The position numbers and the translations under genes were made by a program. The notes under the pieces are model-generated. The model was not told where the DNA came from and did not search any database. It saw nothing but the letters and a program-made list of their open reading frames with translations. A DNA stretch of 64,000 nucleotides from Rhodospirillaceae bacterium MC! (GTDB taxonomy: Bacteria; Pseudomonadota; Alphaproteobacteria; MC1), in the NCBI GenBank assembly GCA_002632265.1, contig NQOV01000007.1:55583-119582 (forward strand). Reading direction: 5' to 3'. This document shows positions 37,019-47,170 of this stretch, piece after piece (position 1 is the stretch's first letter; each line of letters begins with the position of its first letter).

Positions 37019-38005
37019 TTAATCTTTTAAGTTATCTCGTGGATGTGCTTTCATGTGTTCTTTTAGTAAGAGAGTGGCGTCGGCGTTGGTATAGCGTTGG
37101 GTTGTTGATAGGCTTTCGTGTCCTAGTAATTCTTGGATTGTTCTAAGATCTGTGCCGTTTGATAGTAAATGGGTGGCGAAAGTATGGCGAAAAGCGTGGG
37201 GAGTTACGCTTTCAGGTAATCCCAATTGATTCCTTAAGCGTGCAATCTGACGTTGAACAACTCTAGGGGATAATCTCTTCCCCCTTGCCCCAACAAATAA
37301 CGGATCATGATCATTTAAAGGAAAAGGACAGTTTTCCAAATAAAGATTAATATTTTTTATAATCGCAGGTAAGATCGGAACTCGGCGTTCTTTATTACCC
37401 TTACCAAGAATTGTCATAACTTCTTTTGTTGGCTTTTCTTTGATGTTTAAATTTAAGGCCTCACTAATACGCAAACCACCGCCATAAAGTAATAATAACA
37501 AAGCCTTATCACGATATGAGATCCAAGTGGTTTTGTGTGATTCGTGCCATTTACTTGTTGATATACTTTCAATGGTTTTTAGGGTTGTCATGGTTTCTTC
37601 TTGGGTCAAAGCCTTGGGAATCGATTGAGGAATTTTAGGAGATTTAACAATCCCTATGGCAGGATTATCAAGCCCTGCTTGTTGTTTCATATATTTGAAA
37701 AAACTACGAACTGTAGATAAATTACGAGAGATAGATGAATGTTTTACGCCTGCTTGATGTCTTTTTGCTAAGTAAGATCTAAAATCCATAGCTTCTAGCG
37801 TTCTAAGATCTTCCAAACCCGTACTATATCCTAGATGTTCTACTAGAAACTCAAAAAAGATGTTAATATCACGTGCATAAGCTTCAAGAGTATGGGTCGA
37901 GTAGCCTTTTTCATCATCTAAGTATCGACACCATTTCGCCACATAGTTGGCTAATTCTGGTTGTAAGATTGTATTATCTATATTGATAGCCATTTGTTCA
38001 AACAC
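37019..38005 (-). CDS. xerC: Tyrosine recombinase XerC/XerD.
   Basis: C-terminal catalytic motifs HAFRHTFATHLL…LGHESLSTTQRYT. It is preceded by a DUF484 gene as in dapF-yigA-xerC. Confidence 0.85.
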   Translation of the reverse strand: MFEQMAINIDNTILQPELANYVAKWCRYLDDEKGYSTHTLEAYARDINIFFEFLVEHLGYSTGLEDLRTLEAMDFRSYLAKRHQAGVKHSSISRNLSTVRSFFKYMKQQAGLDNPAIGIVKSPKIPQSIPKALTQEETMTTLKTIESISTSKWHESHKTTWISYRDKALLLLLYGGGLRISEALNLNIKEKPTKEVMTILGKGNKERRVPILPAIIKNINLYLENCPFPLNDHDPLFVGARGKRLSPRVVQRQIARLRNQLGLPESVTPHAFRHTFATHLLSNGTDLRTIQELLGHESLSTTQRYTNADATLLLKEHMKAHPRDNLKD

Positions 38006-38706
38006 ACTTCCACGATTTTTACAAGAAATTCAAAGGATTCCGTTCCTAAATCTTCGCTAAATGTCTCGGAATCTGTACTTCCGAATGCGATAATGCCATT
38101 TTTCCATATGCCATCAAGATTAATACGCCCTAAAGCACACGAATGGACATGTTTTCCATGCTCATCACCAAATAAGAAATTTGCTTGGAAAACATCAGGA
38201 GTTAAAATATAATCATGCTCATCAAGTAAAGTATCGGTACTTTCATGTTCAATCAGCTGAATTCCTGCACGTTGAGCCAACAAAGCATAAGGCTCGCCTA
38301 GTTTAATATGTGGCGGTTCAATTAAGACATTAATATAATCCACCTTTAAAATACTACACCATTCTTTTTTTAAAACATTAATTAAATACTCCAAACTCGG
38401 CGACGTTAACGCACATATAACCGCCTCTTGCGAATTAACTTGAATGGAAAGATTATCATATGATATCTGATTGTAAGTGTTTAATGTTTCTTTATATTTT
38501 TGAATCTCTTCTTCCATTGATAATATCTTAAAATGACGTAAATCAATGACTTTTTTCTCATTAACTTCTTTCGGATAACTGATTTTTGCCAAAATATCAG
38601 GATTCTTCTCAAAAAAATCCAGATTATTATCTAACCAATTTTTCACTTCATTTTCACTTATATTGTTCATATTATTCATAATTGTATAGTACCTTAAGGA
38701 AAGCAT
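37978..38706 (-). CDS. DUF484 (YigA-like) protein.
   Basis: Position immediately upstream of xerC and overlapping it. ~240 aa. The assignment rests mainly on conserved synteny. Confidence 0.45.
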   Translation of the reverse strand: MLSLRYYTIMNNMNNISENEVKNWLDNNLDFFEKNPDILAKISYPKEVNEKKVIDLRHFKILSMEEEIQKYKETLNTYNQISYDNLSIQVNSQEAVICALTSPSLEYLINVLKKEWCSILKVDYINVLIEPPHIKLGEPYALLAQRAGIQLIEHESTDTLLDEHDYILTPDVFQANFLFGDEHGKHVHSCALGRINLDGIWKNGIIAFGSTDSETFSEDLGTESFEFLVKIVEVCLNKWLSI

Positions 38707-38885
38707 AGGGGTAATGGCGTCTAGTTGCCTGTATATTCTTAATAGAATACCATAATATATGTAAAAAAACAGTTAAATAGATTGAGATCAAGATAAAACC
38801 AACCGTTTTCTATATCTATTCTTTTGGCTTTATAAGGTATAATATATGATAGATACTATATAATAAGTGCTTTTTCACGCCCCTT

Positions 38886-39920
38886 TTACATATTATCTTT
38901 TACAATAGAGATCAGGTTATTAACTTCTTGTTCTGTGGTTGTCCATGATGTTACTAGGCGGATACATGTGCCGTTTTGTTCTTCGGACCAGTCGTAAAAG
39001 TTGGCGGGGGATTCTGTGAGTGCTTTGTGGACTTTGTGGGGTAGGATGGGGAATACTTGGTTGGTGATTGTTTTTGTGAGGAATTTTATTCCTAGGTTGC
39101 TTAAGCCTTTGGTTAGTTTTTCTGCTAAGTTGTTGGAATTTTCGGCGTTTTTTTGCATGATGTTATCGAGAATGGGAATCCATTGTGCTGATAGGTATCG
39201 CATTTTAGAAGATGTTTGAGCGGTGGATTTGCAGATAACCTGCATGTGTTCATTTAACTCTTGATTAAAGACCACAATTGCCTCGGCAGACATTGCCCCA
39301 TTTTTTGTAGCTCCCAAGCTTAGAACATCCAAGCCGATTTTGTGAGTGATGTCGGCAGGTTTACAATTTAGGTTTTGGATAGCATTAAAGAATCTTGCAC
39401 CGTCCATATGGGTTTTAAGATTGTGTTCTTTTGCCAAGTTAAAGATTTCTTTAAGTTCATCAATGGAATATACAGTTCCCAGCTCGGTAGGTTGGGTAAC
39501 GGTAATGGCTTTTACTTGCGAAACATGATAGCCATGAGCGACCTTTTTAAGGCGATTTTTGAGATCATTAATATCAAATTTTGCGTTTTTACTGATAATG
39601 CTTTCCAGTTCCATACCACCAGCGAACACCTGGGGAGTGTTACATTCATCATTGGTAACGTGGGCATTATCTGTACACAATATGCGTTGCCATTGTCTTG
39701 CCATGGCGGTTAGAGAAATGGAATTCGCTGCCGTGCCTGTGGATACAAAATACACGGTGATATCATCGGCCTTTAGATCAAAATAGTTAGCGATTTTCTC
39801 TCGTGCTAATTTCGAGATTTCGTCTTCGCCGTAGGGGTTTGTGTATCCTGTATTGATTTCAGCTAGATACGTAAATATTTCAGGCACAACCGCCGATGTG
39901 TTATCGCTTTTAAATTCCAT
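38886..39920 (-). CDS. ltaE: Low-specificity L-threonine aldolase (PLP-dependent, beta-eliminating lyase family).
   Basis: N-terminus DNTSAVVPEIF…NPYGEDE, VSTGTAANS, and a Lys-containing GATKNG motif. Confidence 0.7.
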   Translation of the reverse strand: MEFKSDNTSAVVPEIFTYLAEINTGYTNPYGEDEISKLAREKIANYFDLKADDITVYFVSTGTAANSISLTAMARQWQRILCTDNAHVTNDECNTPQVFAGGMELESIISKNAKFDINDLKNRLKKVAHGYHVSQVKAITVTQPTELGTVYSIDELKEIFNLAKEHNLKTHMDGARFFNAIQNLNCKPADITHKIGLDVLSLGATKNGAMSAEAIVVFNQELNEHMQVICKSTAQTSSKMRYLSAQWIPILDNIMQKNAENSNNLAEKLTKGLSNLGIKFLTKTITNQVFPILPHKVHKALTESPANFYDWSEEQNGTCIRLVTSWTTTEQEVNNLISIVKDNM

Positions 39921-39948
39921 GTGAAAGATCTCCTTTTAAGTGGATACT

Positions 39949-40293
39949 TTAATAGGTAATAGTACCTAAAGTTGTACCCGTATATAAATCAATTGATATT
40001 ATTTTCTGTTTGTGAGTGATACTATTTACACAATATAATAATACTAATTTCCTTTGGACTTGTGGCTTATCGCAGTGAAAATTCTCGCCTGCTTGAATTT
40101 CCACATTGCCGAATTTTTCCAAGTTGGTAACATTCGGCGAAAGGATATTACTTTGCACAACTTGAGAATTTTCCGTACTGTGATGTGCGGGTGCGTGTGT
40201 GGATCTTACCATGCCTATGATTAAGATAGGAATACCTAAAGCAAGCAAGGCGGACATAATATATACAGATATTTTGATATATTTTAAGTTCAT
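39949..40293 (-). CDS. Hypothetical small protein with a single N-terminal TM.
   Basis: ORF only. A hydrophobic N-terminus is followed by a His-rich linker. Confidence 0.2.
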   Translation of the reverse strand: MNLKYIKISVYIMSALLALGIPILIIGMVRSTHAPAHHSTENSQVVQSNILSPNVTNLEKFGNVEIQAGENFHCDKPQVQRKLVLLYCVNSITHKQKIISIDLYTGTTLGTITY

Positions 40294-40497
40294 TTATTAG
40301 TTCCTTATTATCTTTAAAACAATATAAAAGATTAGATTGAGATTCATTATAACACAAATAAAATAATTTTGTCTATTATTTTATTTATTTATTTATTATT
40401 AATGCTTTACCAGTGGTTTATATCTTAATGTTTTGAAGATATCTGCGAATTTTTATCAGCAAATTTTATAGCATATAAAAAATAAATAAAAAACTCC

Positions 40498-40526
40498 TTG
40501 CAATTGTTAAGATTCTGTAGTATGAT
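40498..40526 (+). promoter_or_regulatory. Sigma-70-like promoter upstream of rpmJ.
   Basis: TTGCAA, a 17-bp spacer, then TATGAT. It lies ~45 bp upstream of the rpmJ start. Confidence 0.45.
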
Positions 40527-40572
40527 CTTCTCAAGTTTAAATTATTTAATTGATGAAAGTAAGGACATTATT

Positions 40573-40698
40573 ATGAAAATTCGTAATTCTTTAAAATCAG
40601 CTAAATTACGTGAGCGTGGCTGTCGTATCGTTCGTCGCCGTGGTCGTACTTACGTAATTAACAAACGTAACCCTCGTTTTAAAGCTCGTCAAGGCTAG
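40573..40698 (+). CDS. rpmJ: 50S ribosomal protein L36 (41 aa).
   Basis: [41 protein letters not shown] matches alphaproteobacterial L36. The larger track ORF 40498..40698 is an upstream extension. Confidence 0.75.
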   Translation: MKIRNSLKSAKLRERGCRIVRRRGRTYVINKRNPRFKARQG

Positions 40699-40850
40699 TA
40701 CATCCTTTTGTATTACATCCTTGAAAGAAAACAGATTCTTATATTTATAAGAGTCTGTTTTTTGTTTTGTTTATTTGACATTGTTTTTTAAGGTTGGTAT
40801 AATGGTTATAATATTATGGATTCGTTATGGGTTAAGGAAAGATTAGGCAT

Positions 40851-41993
40851 ATGAAAAAATTATTATTGATATTGGCGATATTGGGATTTACAATCAGTAA
40901 CGCTTATGCGGAAAAGTTGTTTATAAATAAGAAGAATGCAAAAACTATCACATTACAACAGGTTGAAACAGCGTTAAAAAATGGGGCTGATATTCATAGA
41001 AATGAATATGGTACAACATCATTAATGTGGGCTAGTAGAGATAACCCCAACCCTAAAGTCATAGAAGTATTATTAAGTAATGGTGCTAATATTCATGCTA
41101 AAAATAACTTAGATACTACTCCATTAATGATTGCTAGTGGGTATAATCCCAATCCTAAAGTAATAGAATTACTATTAAATCACGGTGCAAATATTCATGC
41201 CATAGATATATGTACTCGTATGCCATTGATGTTTGCTAGTGGGTATAATCCTAATCCTAAAATAATAGACTTATTATTAAAACATGGTTCAAATATTCAT
41301 TCTAAAGATTGCGAAGGCATGACTCCATTAATGATTGCTAGTAAATCGAACCCTAATCCTCAAATACTAGAATTACTATTAAAACACAGTGCGAATGTTC
41401 ATGCTAAAGATAAAAAAGGCAATACATCTTTAATATTAGCTAATAAGGTCAAGAAACCCAATATTAAAGTAATAGAATTATTGTTACAAAATGGGGCGAA
41501 TATTCACGCTAAAAATAAAGAGGGTACTACCCCATTAATAATGGCTAGCAAGAATGTAAAAACAAATCTTAAAGTAATAAAACTATTATTACAACATGGT
41601 GCGAATATTAATGCTAAAGATAACTATGGTATGACACCTTTAATGAATGCTAGTTGGTTAAATTCAAATCCTAAAGTAATAGAATTACTATTAGAACAAG
41701 GTGCAAATATTAATGATAAAGTTAACGACGGCACTACGCCATTAATGTTTGCTAGTTGGTTTAACCATAATCCGCAAGTAATAGAATTGTTATTAAAACA
41801 TGGTGCAAATATTAATTATAAAGCTAAAAACGGAGCAACACCATTAATGTATGCGATTAATTATGCCAATCCTGAATCAGCCAAGGTCTTATTAAATCAC
41901 GGAGCTAAACCAACAAAAAAGATATTAAACTATATAGATACAAAATGTAAGAATGGTAAACTTATAGAATTATTTAACAAATATCCAAGATAA
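40851..41993 (+). CDS. Ankyrin-repeat protein (~10 repeats) with an N-terminal signal peptide.
   Basis: Repeated 33-aa units (TPLMIASGYNPNPKVIELLLNHGANIHA…) and the signal MKKLLLILAILGFTISNAYA. Confidence 0.85.
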   Translation: MKKLLLILAILGFTISNAYAEKLFINKKNAKTITLQQVETALKNGADIHRNEYGTTSLMWASRDNPNPKVIEVLLSNGANIHAKNNLDTTPLMIASGYNPNPKVIELLLNHGANIHAIDICTRMPLMFASGYNPNPKIIDLLLKHGSNIHSKDCEGMTPLMIASKSNPNPQILELLLKHSANVHAKDKKGNTSLILANKVKKPNIKVIELLLQNGANIHAKNKEGTTPLIMASKNVKTNLKVIKLLLQHGANINAKDNYGMTPLMNASWLNSNPKVIELLLEQGANINDKVNDGTTPLMFASWFNHNPQVIELLLKHGANINYKAKNGATPLMYAINYANPESAKVLLNHGAKPTKKILNYIDTKCKNGKLIELFNKYPR

Positions 41994-42034
41994 TAATATT
42001 ATATATAATAAACCCATTTACATATCTTTAAACT

Positions 42035-43018
42035 TTATAGGTTATTTAGATCTATGTTTCTTCTATATTTAATTATAATATCTTTATTACAACACGGCAT
42101 AATGTTACCAAATTGTTCTATTGCTGGTATACTTTGGAACATATTGAAACTTGATTCTTCATCATTATTATTGCCTGCTGGTTGAATAGGGTTTATTTCT
42201 CTAGTAATATGTAGAATTAATTTGTATTGTGAATTCTCTTGATGTTCAGGAATAACTTTGTGATCAAAAGATTCATAAATTCTTTCTTCTAATATTTTCC
42301 TAGTAGAAAGTAATTGACTAAATATTTTACAGTTTGGAAGAATAGGGTTATAGTTTTTAAGTTCTATTATATAAACTGTATTATTTAATATAATGACATC
42401 ATCACATCGGCTATTCTGTTTTTGTGCTAAAGTATATTCTAGTTTTTCTTTCATGATATCAAGATCTGACTTTACTCTATACTGCTCGCACAGTTGAAGA
42501 ACCTTGTTATCTATACCATTTTGGATTGTATTAATTTTTGAATTGAAATAATCTTCTCGGTTATTTGTAACAGCTTTACGACGATTATATTTTTCAATTT
42601 TTTTTGTAGCTTTATTTCTAGATTTTCTTATTTCTTCATCTAATAAGGCTCGTTTAGCCTCTTCAATACTCTCTTCATAGTTAGAAGTTTGAAATGGCTT
42701 TAAAAAGCAAGATTCTATTGTGCGTGGACAACATTGATGTGCTAAAGATCCAAGTAGGGGGCTTTCGTCATCATCATATTCATATTCTGGTAGTCTAGGT
42801 GGTAACCTATTTTGATTATTTGATAATTGATCATCAAAATTAGGTATATGCACAAATGTATCTTGTGCGGGATTAACTTTTAAATGAGCAAATGGGGGCG
42901 GTGTAGAATCTTCTGATAAATTAATTGTAAGAGTAATATCTGTATTATCTTGTTCTATATTATTGCGGTAATCGTTTATTTTGTGTGTTAGAAACTCATT
43001 ATTTTCGGTATTAGTCAT
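42035..43018 (-). CDS. Hypothetical protein with a disordered N-terminal half and a putative PD-(D/E)xK nuclease-like core. It is translationally coupled to the upstream ATPase.
   Basis: The start ATGACTAA overlaps the ATPase stop. A candidate motif is CDDVIILNNTVYIIELK (D…ExK). No HNH or TOPRIM motif was seen. Confidence 0.3.
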   Translation of the reverse strand: MTNTENNEFLTHKINDYRNNIEQDNTDITLTINLSEDSTPPPFAHLKVNPAQDTFVHIPNFDDQLSNNQNRLPPRLPEYEYDDDESPLLGSLAHQCCPRTIESCFLKPFQTSNYEESIEEAKRALLDEEIRKSRNKATKKIEKYNRRKAVTNNREDYFNSKINTIQNGIDNKVLQLCEQYRVKSDLDIMKEKLEYTLAQKQNSRCDDVIILNNTVYIIELKNYNPILPNCKIFSQLLSTRKILEERIYESFDHKVIPEHQENSQYKLILHITREINPIQPAGNNNDEESSFNMFQSIPAIEQFGNIMPCCNKDIIIKYRRNIDLNNL

Positions 43019-44525
43019 TATTCTTTCTTCTATGCTTATTGGCTATATCGTTTGTAAAATTTAGTATTTCATTTTGTTTTTTCATGGCATTATTAAAAGA
43101 CTCTAAATAAAAGCCATATTGATTTATTTCTTGTTGTTGGGTGTATCCATTATTATTTAGTGCATAAATATTTATTTTCTTTTGATTCATATCTAACAAC
43201 ATATTTTCACTTACATCTGTAAAGTTATTTAAATCTTTTTGATCTAATTCAGACATCTCAATACTACCCAATGCAACTAGTGCATTTAGTTCTCTGATCA
43301 TATAATCGCTATGGGTTGTTATTAATACTTTTAAGCCTGCGTTAATCATCATAGCTATAATTCTAGCCATTTTATTTTGGTTGGCAGGGTGTAAATAGGC
43401 TTCTGGCTCATCTATTATCAAAAAATCGCCCCTGCGTGCTTGATGTTTAAGATAGAAGTATATGAATGTTAAATTACGAATAGACGCAGAAAGTTCACGA
43501 TATGAAAGAAAATCACTTTCGCTTTTTACTTCACATTTACCATTCTTACAAGAATTTTCCTTAAATGGTTTAAAGTGAATACCGTCTTTATCATTATAGT
43601 CTATTCGTCCACCCATTAGTAATTCAAGTTCTTCAATTATAGGAGTGTTGCCATAATGGCCTTTCTTTCTTTTATTTTTATCCGTAATGTAAGATAGTTC
43701 TTTACCAAATTGAATATTATTAAATACTGGTTCTACATAGCCAATATTTTTATATAGTTGATTGTTAAATAGTAATGCTCCTGATCGCTCGGTTGTAGCA
43801 ATTTCAATATTTGTAAAAAATTCTTCTCTAAGAATTAAATGGCTGACTAAGTCAATTAAAATATTTTGTAAGCTTTTGTTCACATTTTCATTTGATAAAA
43901 TTTCTTTTTCTTCTTTTTCTTCTTCATATTCGTCTTCTTCGTCGATATAAAATGAAATTTGCATCCATTCATTATCTTCTATAAAGGTATTATATCGCTC
44001 TAATCGTTCTTGAAAATTTATATCTACTACTTTGTTTTCAAAATCAAATGAGAACAATCTATTTATTATATTATATCTACTAATTTGTTTCATTAATTTA
44101 AAAAAATCATCGTTAGTTTTAGTATTTACTATTTCAACTTTTAAAGGTTTTGAATCTTCATTTTTAAATCGGTCAATAGATGTATTAAACACCTTACTTA
44201 AATCTAACAGGGTTAACTCTTGTTCTATTAGATTTATATAAATCTCTTCTATTATTTCTTGAAAAACATCTGTAGATATTTTTATTCCATATACTTTACT
44301 TTCAACAATACTATTAATTACTTCAAAAGTTTTCTTTAATTTTGTAGGATTCAATTTTCTTGTTTTTTGATTATTTCTATTTTCTTGAATCTTAGTCATA
44401 AGTTTCCATATGCTATATGTTATATAGCTTTTTCCAGTAGAATTTTCTCCTGCGATTATGGTTAAGTCGCCGATTTCTATATCAGCTTTTTTAACTGCTC
44501 CTAGATTTTCGATTTGTACTTTCAT
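43011..44525 (-). CDS. AAA_21/AAA_15-type ABC ATPase (SMC-like; the defence-associated ATPase family of PtuA/AriA/OLD N-domain type).
   Basis: N-terminal Walker A (AGENSTGKSY), a central acidic coiled region, and C-terminal Walker B/D-loop/H-loop (DFLIIDEPEAYLHP … VLITTHS). The RBS is aaggaga. Confidence 0.6.
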   Translation of the reverse strand: MKVQIENLGAVKKADIEIGDLTIIAGENSTGKSYITYSIWKLMTKIQENRNNQKTRKLNPTKLKKTFEVINSIVESKVYGIKISTDVFQEIIEEIYINLIEQELTLLDLSKVFNTSIDRFKNEDSKPLKVEIVNTKTNDDFFKLMKQISRYNIINRLFSFDFENKVVDINFQERLERYNTFIEDNEWMQISFYIDEEDEYEEEKEEKEILSNENVNKSLQNILIDLVSHLILREEFFTNIEIATTERSGALLFNNQLYKNIGYVEPVFNNIQFGKELSYITDKNKRKKGHYGNTPIIEELELLMGGRIDYNDKDGIHFKPFKENSCKNGKCEVKSESDFLSYRELSASIRNLTFIYFYLKHQARRGDFLIIDEPEAYLHPANQNKMARIIAMMINAGLKVLITTHSDYMIRELNALVALGSIEMSELDQKDLNNFTDVSENMLLDMNQKKINIYALNNNGYTQQQEINQYGFYLESFNNAMKKQNEILNFTNDIANKHRRKNND

Positions 44526-44603
44526 GCTGTTATCTCCTTGGTATTAATGTAACCATATCATAGGGTAGTTTATTTTGTCAACAATAAACGATCAAGGGGA
44601 AAT

Positions 44604-45551
44604 TTATTCATCTTCCCCATTATCTATCCCTATGATACTATGGGCGAAGTCTTTGGCTTGGAAGCCTCGTAAGTCGTCGGCTTGTTCGCCGACGCCGATG
44701 GCGTGGATTGGTAAGTGGAATTTGTCGGCTAGGGATACGACTATCCCGCCTTTTGCTGTGCCGTCTAGTTTGGTTATGATTAGGCCTGTGGTGTTAACGG
44801 CTTTGGCGAAGATTTCCACTTGGTTCATGGCGTTTTGTCCTGCGGTGGCGTCGAGAACTTGAACGGTGGAATGGGGGGCGTCTGGGAGAAGTTTTTGGAT
44901 TACTCTTTGGACTTTGGTTAGCTCATCCATTAAGTGTTGTTGATTGTGCAAACGTCCTGCTGTATCGATGATTAAGATATCGTATTTGCCGTCTATGGCT
45001 TGCTCTAGGGCCTCGAATGCTACGGATGCGGAATCTGTTCCCTCGGGTTTGCGGATAACAGGGCAACCAGTTTTTAAGCCCCATACCTTTAATTGTTCCA
45101 CGGCGGCGGCTCTAAAGGTATCGCCTGCGGCAAGCATTACCATATGCCCAGCCGTACGCCAATGGCGGGCCAGTTTGCCGATAGTGGTGGTTTTTCCGCT
45201 ACCATTTACGCCAGTTACAAGCAATACATAGGGGGTTTTGGTTTTGATCTCGTCCATATCGAAAGGTTTGGCTATGGGAGTAAGGATTTCTTCAATTCTA
45301 TGGGAAAGAAATTCTTTAATATCGTGATCGCTCACTTCTTTTTCAAAGCGAGTTTTTGCGAATTCGTCCACTAATTTGGTAGCGGTAACAGCTCCAAGAT
45401 CAGCCATGATCAAGATATCCACCAGATCATCAATGGCCGCTTGATCTAGCACTCTTTTACCAAATACGCTACTGATATTTCTATTTAATTTAGAACTTGT
45501 TTGAGAAAGTCCTTGTTTAAGTCTTTTAAACCATGTGTTTTTTTCAATCAT
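44604..45551 (-). CDS. ftsY: Signal recognition particle receptor FtsY (short form, NG domain only).
   Basis: GVNGSGKTTTIGKLA, DTAGR, and a GTPase G4/G5 pattern. 315 aa. Confidence 0.9.
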   Translation of the reverse strand: MIEKNTWFKRLKQGLSQTSSKLNRNISSVFGKRVLDQAAIDDLVDILIMADLGAVTATKLVDEFAKTRFEKEVSDHDIKEFLSHRIEEILTPIAKPFDMDEIKTKTPYVLLVTGVNGSGKTTTIGKLARHWRTAGHMVMLAAGDTFRAAAVEQLKVWGLKTGCPVIRKPEGTDSASVAFEALEQAIDGKYDILIIDTAGRLHNQQHLMDELTKVQRVIQKLLPDAPHSTVQVLDATAGQNAMNQVEIFAKAVNTTGLIITKLDGTAKGGIVVSLADKFHLPIHAIGVGEQADDLRGFQAKDFAHSIIGIDNGEDE

Positions 45552-45604
45552 TTTTTATGCTCATTTCATTTCGTTTTTTTAGATATTATTTTATTAGATT
45601 TCAT

Positions 45605-46642
45605 TTAACCTAGAGATCTATTTAATGCGTATCCGCCAATTACCAGAATGGCGAATATAATTAACGCCAATGTGAAAGCCTGACCGCCTGAATTCTTAAA
45701 GGCTTTTATGCTTGTTTTGAGTCCTAAAGCTGTCATGGCCATGGTTAGGAAGAATTCTTCTACTGTGGCAATGTGTTCGAGAACGATTTTAGATAAATTA
45801 AGATAGCTATTTAAAATAATCACAAGTAAGAAGATAATGGCAAACCATGGAATGGTAATTTTTAGCTTAGATTTTTCTCCTGTGTTTGTGGCGTGTATTT
45901 TGTTATCGTGATTGGATTTAATGACGCTTACAATCAAGAGACTCGGCACAAGTAAGATCACTCTGATCATTTTAATGACAATCGCCACTTTAGATCCAAC
46001 TCCACCAACTGCAGCAGCAGCAGCCACTGCATGGGCTACGCCGTGAAGAGTTGAGCCGATATAAAATCCCTGTTGGCGTGGGGTTAGATGTAGTATTCCA
46101 GTTCTAAATACAATCGGATACATGAACATGGAAATTGTCCCAAATATAATAACAGTACTCACGGCGATAGCTACGGCGTGTTCTTTGGCTTTTATCACTC
46201 CAGCCATGGCTAACACCGCCGCCGATCCACAAATCGCCGAACCTGTGGCGATGAGTAAGGCCACATCGGAATCAAGTTTTAAGATTTTCGTTCCGATTAA
46301 ATAGCCAAAAATCAAGATTACCGATACCACAATGCACGAAACCAACAAGCCACTTAAACCAACGCTTAAGAGTGATGTTATACTTACTTTAAAACCATAT
46401 AAAATGATCCCCCAACGTAGGAAATATTTAGAGCATATCCCCATTGATCCCTTGAATTTAGCCACCATTAATCCGTTGGTTAGATTGGTCCATAAGACAG
46501 CAATCAAGATCCCAATCACTAAGGGCGATATGCGTAACTCTGTTAAAGCATGGATCTTCGCTATATAGAACGATATTATGGAAATAACTAAAATAAATAA
46601 TAATCCCATAAGGGTGTTTTTGTCTTTTAAAGCTGATATCAT
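45605..46642 (-). CDS. YeiH/UPF0324-family membrane protein (putative sulfate exporter family).
   Basis: 345 aa, ~10 TM, with Gly-rich helices typical of the family. Weak motif-level call. Confidence 0.5.
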   Translation of the reverse strand: MISALKDKNTLMGLLFILVISIISFYIAKIHALTELRISPLVIGILIAVLWTNLTNGLMVAKFKGSMGICSKYFLRWGIILYGFKVSITSLLSVGLSGLLVSCIVVSVILIFGYLIGTKILKLDSDVALLIATGSAICGSAAVLAMAGVIKAKEHAVAIAVSTVIIFGTISMFMYPIVFRTGILHLTPRQQGFYIGSTLHGVAHAVAAAAAVGGVGSKVAIVIKMIRVILLVPSLLIVSVIKSNHDNKIHATNTGEKSKLKITIPWFAIIFLLVIILNSYLNLSKIVLEHIATVEEFFLTMAMTALGLKTSIKAFKNSGGQAFTLALIIFAILVIGGYALNRSLG

Positions 46643-46759
46643 ATTCTTTTCCTAACTTTTATCCATATGTGTGTGTTCTTAGTATATGTTATATACGTTA
46701 TATTGTGTTACATTATACATGATTTTGACAAATAGTCAAGAAGTGATTTTATTTGAGAT

Positions 46760-47164
46760 TTACTTGCTAATATTTAATAGTTTAGATAGAATGTTCTGTA
46801 ACTCATCTTTAGAAATTGCGTTTTGTGCTACGTCAACTACAATATCTTCCATGGTGGTGATGTATTTAGTTCTAAAATCTTGTGTTTTATAGCCGTTTAT
46901 ACTCAAAAACAATAGGCTAATTACGATACTAGCTCGCTTGTTACCGTCTAGGAAGATATGGTTTTTTATTATGCTATATATTAAATGGGTTAGTTTATCT
47001 AAAAATGTTGGATAGTAATCATCGTTTTGCATATGCTCTAAAATTGAATTAATTTTCTCTTGTTCTGCAATAGAATATCCAACTTTAGAAAGCCCACCTG
47101 ATTTAGTAATAAGATCATGGTGGGTTTGTAAAACTTCAAATAAGTATAGATATAGAATTTTCAT
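46760..47164 (-). CDS. doc: Doc (death-on-curing) Fic-fold toxin.
   Basis: Fic/Doc motif HIFLDGNKRAS. 134 aa. Confidence 0.75.
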   Translation of the reverse strand: MKILYLYLFEVLQTHHDLITKSGGLSKVGYSIAEQEKINSILEHMQNDDYYPTFLDKLTHLIYSIIKNHIFLDGNKRASIVISLLFLSINGYKTQDFRTKYITTMEDIVVDVAQNAISKDELQNILSKLLNISK

Positions 47165-47170
47165 AGGCTG

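Noticed and set aside
40148-40357. 69-aa ORF overlapping the small membrane protein gene.
   Set aside because: It is an alternative frame of the same locus with no support.
40498-40698. 66-aa track ORF for L36.
   Set aside because: Only the C-terminal 41 aa match L36, and the upstream 25 codons overlap a strong sigma-70 promoter. It is re-annotated as 40573..40698.
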